From contig OU015569.1 of the NCBI GenBank assembly GCA_907165135.1, forward strand, positions 8,866,001 through 8,930,000: a DNA stretch of 64,000 nt, written 5' to 3'. The notes beneath the pieces are model-generated. The model saw only the letters and a list, made by a program, of their open reading frames with translations. It was not told the origin of the DNA and made no database searches. Within the stretch, counting starts at the first letter, position 1, and each line of letters begins with the position of its first letter. A program made the translations under genes and the position numbers. This DNA comes from Oikopleura dioica (lineage: Eukaryota > Animalia > Chordata). This document shows, piece by piece, positions 61,437 through 64,000 of this stretch.

Positions 61437-61957
61437 TGAGTTTTCTCTCGGCGTACTCTTTTTCGAACTGGGCAAAGTACTCTTCGTCGAAGGCGGATTC
61501 CTCCTCCTCTACTGGCTTCTGCACTTCTGGCTTTGTCACTCCTGTGATCTTGCACCAAATATTGAAATCAGTGTCGACTCTGCTTTTCTGAACAAGACGA
61601 TGCTTCTGCGCCAGTTCCTTTTCTCGATCTACTTTCTAAAAGTATCGATTTATAGGTAAAGGAAATACGTGCTAAAATACCTTGAGTCTCTTCTCAGCGA
61701 TTTTCTTGTCGGCTACGTATTTGTTGTTGAGGCCGAAACGAGCACTAGCGGCTTCCTTGTTGGCTTTTTCTTGCTTTCGGAACTTTTTGTTCGTCTTATG
61801 CTTTTCGGTCTGTGCAGCTGCTGCCTAAAATAAATTTGATTTTTTGATTAACTATCATTTCCTGTTTTGCCTTTTGAGATTTCTTCTTGGTGAGTTGGGT
61901 GATTCTAACGTCGTCGCAGTCAAGGATTTCGAGTCCTTCGGCTAACAAATCATCCAT
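61429..61957 (-). CDS. RPS19BP1: Active regulator of SIRT1 / RPS19-binding protein 1-like, 3 exons
   Basis: N-terminus MDDLLAEGLEIL resembles AROS LLRRGLELL. C-terminus ESAFDEEYFAQFEKEY resembles TVFTEEDFQKFQQEY. Lys-rich middle. The acceptor TTCAG lies directly before the ATG. Confidence 0.7.
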
Positions 61958-62154
61958 CTGAACTTTACAATTCAAGAAAAGTCTTCCTAGATTCAGAATT
62001 ATAAACGCTTGAGTCTCCGAGACGAATCTAAAAATTTCTCTGTCTGCTCCGCCAATCAGCGCTCAAGGAAAAAATAAGCTAAAACAGATCTACTGAAAAG
62101 AGCATTTCTTATTTTTTGTCCGGCCGTTCTACCAACATCCTAACAGACGCACAA

Positions 62155-62990
62155 ATGCGAAGAGATAAGAGAGAAAACAAAGCTCAATCAAAAGGAACTC
62201 GACCTGCGTTTATAGTTGCGGAGCGATCTGCACCCAAAGGGCTTGAAGGGGTAGTTTCTTTAACACTGACCTAAATTTTCTAATTCGCTCGGCTTTAGAT
62301 CAAGAAGGAGAAGTCTTCGATCATCACTGCAATTAACGCCACAAACAATCGTGCAGCCCGCAAAGGAAAGCTACCAGCGGCCAACCAAATCTTCGAAAGT
62401 AATCATCAAACACTCAGTGTCTGAGATTTACATCTTTTTTTCTTTTAGCTGGCAAGGAGAAGAGACGCTTCCGTAAATCGGCGACCAATGCTCCTTTGCT
62501 TCGGACGAAGAGGATCTCATTGGCGCATGAAATCATGGTCAACAAATGGCTGATGGAAGAGCATGAAGTGAAAGAACTCAGCGATGCATTCCGGGATGAT
62601 ACCTTGAAGCGAGAAAATCTTCTTAAAAAATACGCCGAGAATTTGGAGTGCTGTAGAAAAGAGAAGGAGCAGCAGGAGAGTCGTCAAATAGGGAGTTTCT
62701 TCGAGGATGAAGCCAGTTCGGGCGAGTTGGATACTGACGAGCTTGCGAGTGATGACTTGAAGGAGGAAAAACAAGTTCGGAAGATTGTTGGTAAGTGTCC
62801 GCTTACTTGTTGAAACATGATAACGACGGGAAACTCAGAGTCATTCACCAAGACGAATTCGAAGGTGGGCATGAACTGGCTCAAAGCGTACTACCGCAAT
62901 GTCGTAGAGAAAAATGAGAAGAAAGAAACAGGACTCATTTTCAAAATCAACGAGTTACAAGAAGCGGTAATTCGATACGACCTATCGTGA
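62155..62990 (+). CDS. Charged, partly coiled-coil protein of unknown family, 4 exons, divergent from RPS19BP1
   Basis: Three GT-AG introns join in phase: MRRDKRENK...GLEG|IKKEK...IFET|GKEKRRF...KIVE|SFTKTN... Confidence 0.65.
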
Positions 62991-63118
62991 AGCCGAGTTT
63001 TTTGACTTCGACGGAGATTTAACTCAAATTTGTACTTTTTTTCTGTCCTTTAATTTTTTACTGCCGTCATCATTGCATTGCCCATCAACTGCTTACTTCA
63101 AGCTTTACGAGAAGAAGA

Positions 63119-64000
63119 ATGACCAAAAGACAGATTATCAAACTATTTTGTATCAGCTATTTTGCCCATTGTGCCTTTTGTGCATGGATTTCGAGCGGGG
63201 GCAGCAACCGACGGGGCGCAACTCAGTTTTTGATTGGTTCCTTTTCTGAACTTCTGACCATCATATATACCTAGGGTCTCCGGACAAAAATTATCTTTCG
63301 ATCCTCAAGGGGTTTTTGGCATTTTTATGAGCTCTATCGATAGCTTAGAAGATACTGAGGAAGAATATGAAATAAAAAAGTAGGTGTATAATTTTGGAAG
63401 TTGGTCAAAAAAGGGATTGAAAATTCGTACTTTTTCACATTTTGGCATTTTTGACCAACTTCCGAAATTATACACCTACTTTTTTATTTCATATTCTTGC
63501 TTGAAATCATCTAAGCTATCCATAGAGCCGATAAAAATGTAAAAAAACCCTTGAGGATCAAAAGTTAGCATTTTTTCTACCGGAAACCCTATATATACCA
63601 GTCATAATCGGACAAAGATAACAGAGAACTTGAAAGCAAAAAACGAAAGCCCGTGACGGCTTTCTTGCGTGCCCAACGGCCCGAAATTCTTCACCGCTTG
63701 TAACTGCGGTCGAAAATCCGGCCGAGTAGAGAAATTTGTTTTAGCCCAGAAAAGCTAGTTCTCACCCTCATACGCACACTTATGTTCATTCCCCATTTAC
63801 TGCCCTTAGATTATTGCTAAGAATATTTCATATGGCTGCTATAAATAACGCTCGTTTTTATTCCAGAAGTCGGGCTCTCGTAATGGAGCGAATTCTTGCT
63901 CGTTTCGGTCTCAACGTGGTCGATGAAGATTGGATCAAGTCGACCTGGATGCAGCCACTTCAAGAGAGTCAATTTCACATGGATCTGCCAGAGCCAAATC
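63119..64000 (+). CDS. Possible 5' part of a secreted-protein gene that runs off the right edge; the MITE would lie in its intron
   Basis: MTKRQIIKLFCISYFAHCAFCAW is signal-like. An exon after the TTCCAG acceptor (SRALVMERILARFGLNVVDEDWIK...) stays open to the window end. Confidence 0.35.
63272..63591. mobile_element. hAT-like MITE (320 bp, long imperfect TIRs, 8-bp TSD)
   Basis: TSD TATATACC at 63264-63271 and 63592-63599. Termini TAGGGTCTCCGG / CCGGAAACCCTA. Arms pair over about 140 bp (e.g. AAGAATATGAAATAAAAAAGTAGGTGTATAATTT). Confidence 0.9.

Noticed and set aside
1-64000. Prokaryotic systems (CRISPR arrays, defence islands, phage or IS genes)
   Set aside because: No regularly spaced repeat-spacer array and no long intronless ORFs. 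Genes are spliceosomal-intron-containing animal genes.

Overview
This is compact eukaryotic genomic DNA, not prokaryotic. Introns are mostly 35-60 bp, several have non-canonical GA-AG or GC-AG ends, genes are tightly packed, and 3' splice acceptors sit directly before start codons. Together these point to the larvacean tunicate Oikopleura dioica or a close relative (inference). Recognisable genes, read manually exon by exon: aralar/citrin carrier, tRNA-Thr(AGT), PNPO with an antisense secreted-protein gene nested in intron 1, a CUB-domain secreted protein, tektin-1, two trypsin-family proteases, a matrin-type zinc-finger gene, mitochondrial peroxiredoxin, an integrin alpha, and a minus-strand operon-like run RPS19BP1(AROS)-DUS4L-beta1,3-glycosyltransferase-AGPAT with a second nested gene. 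Several non-autonomous inverted-repeat elements are present: a foldback element carrying four CRE sites, a TTAA-flanked MITE, and a hAT-like MITE with an 8-bp TSD. The top lead is the AROS stop codon overlapping the DUS4L start codon by 8 nt. Other leads: a start-stop uORF abutting the next gene's ATG, an intron bracketed by an 11-bp direct repeat, GA-AG introns in both zinc fingers, a tRNA terminator that doubles as a splice-acceptor tract, and a di-Cys/ITIM-bearing orphan adaptor. All homology calls are from memory of protein families; no searches were run.
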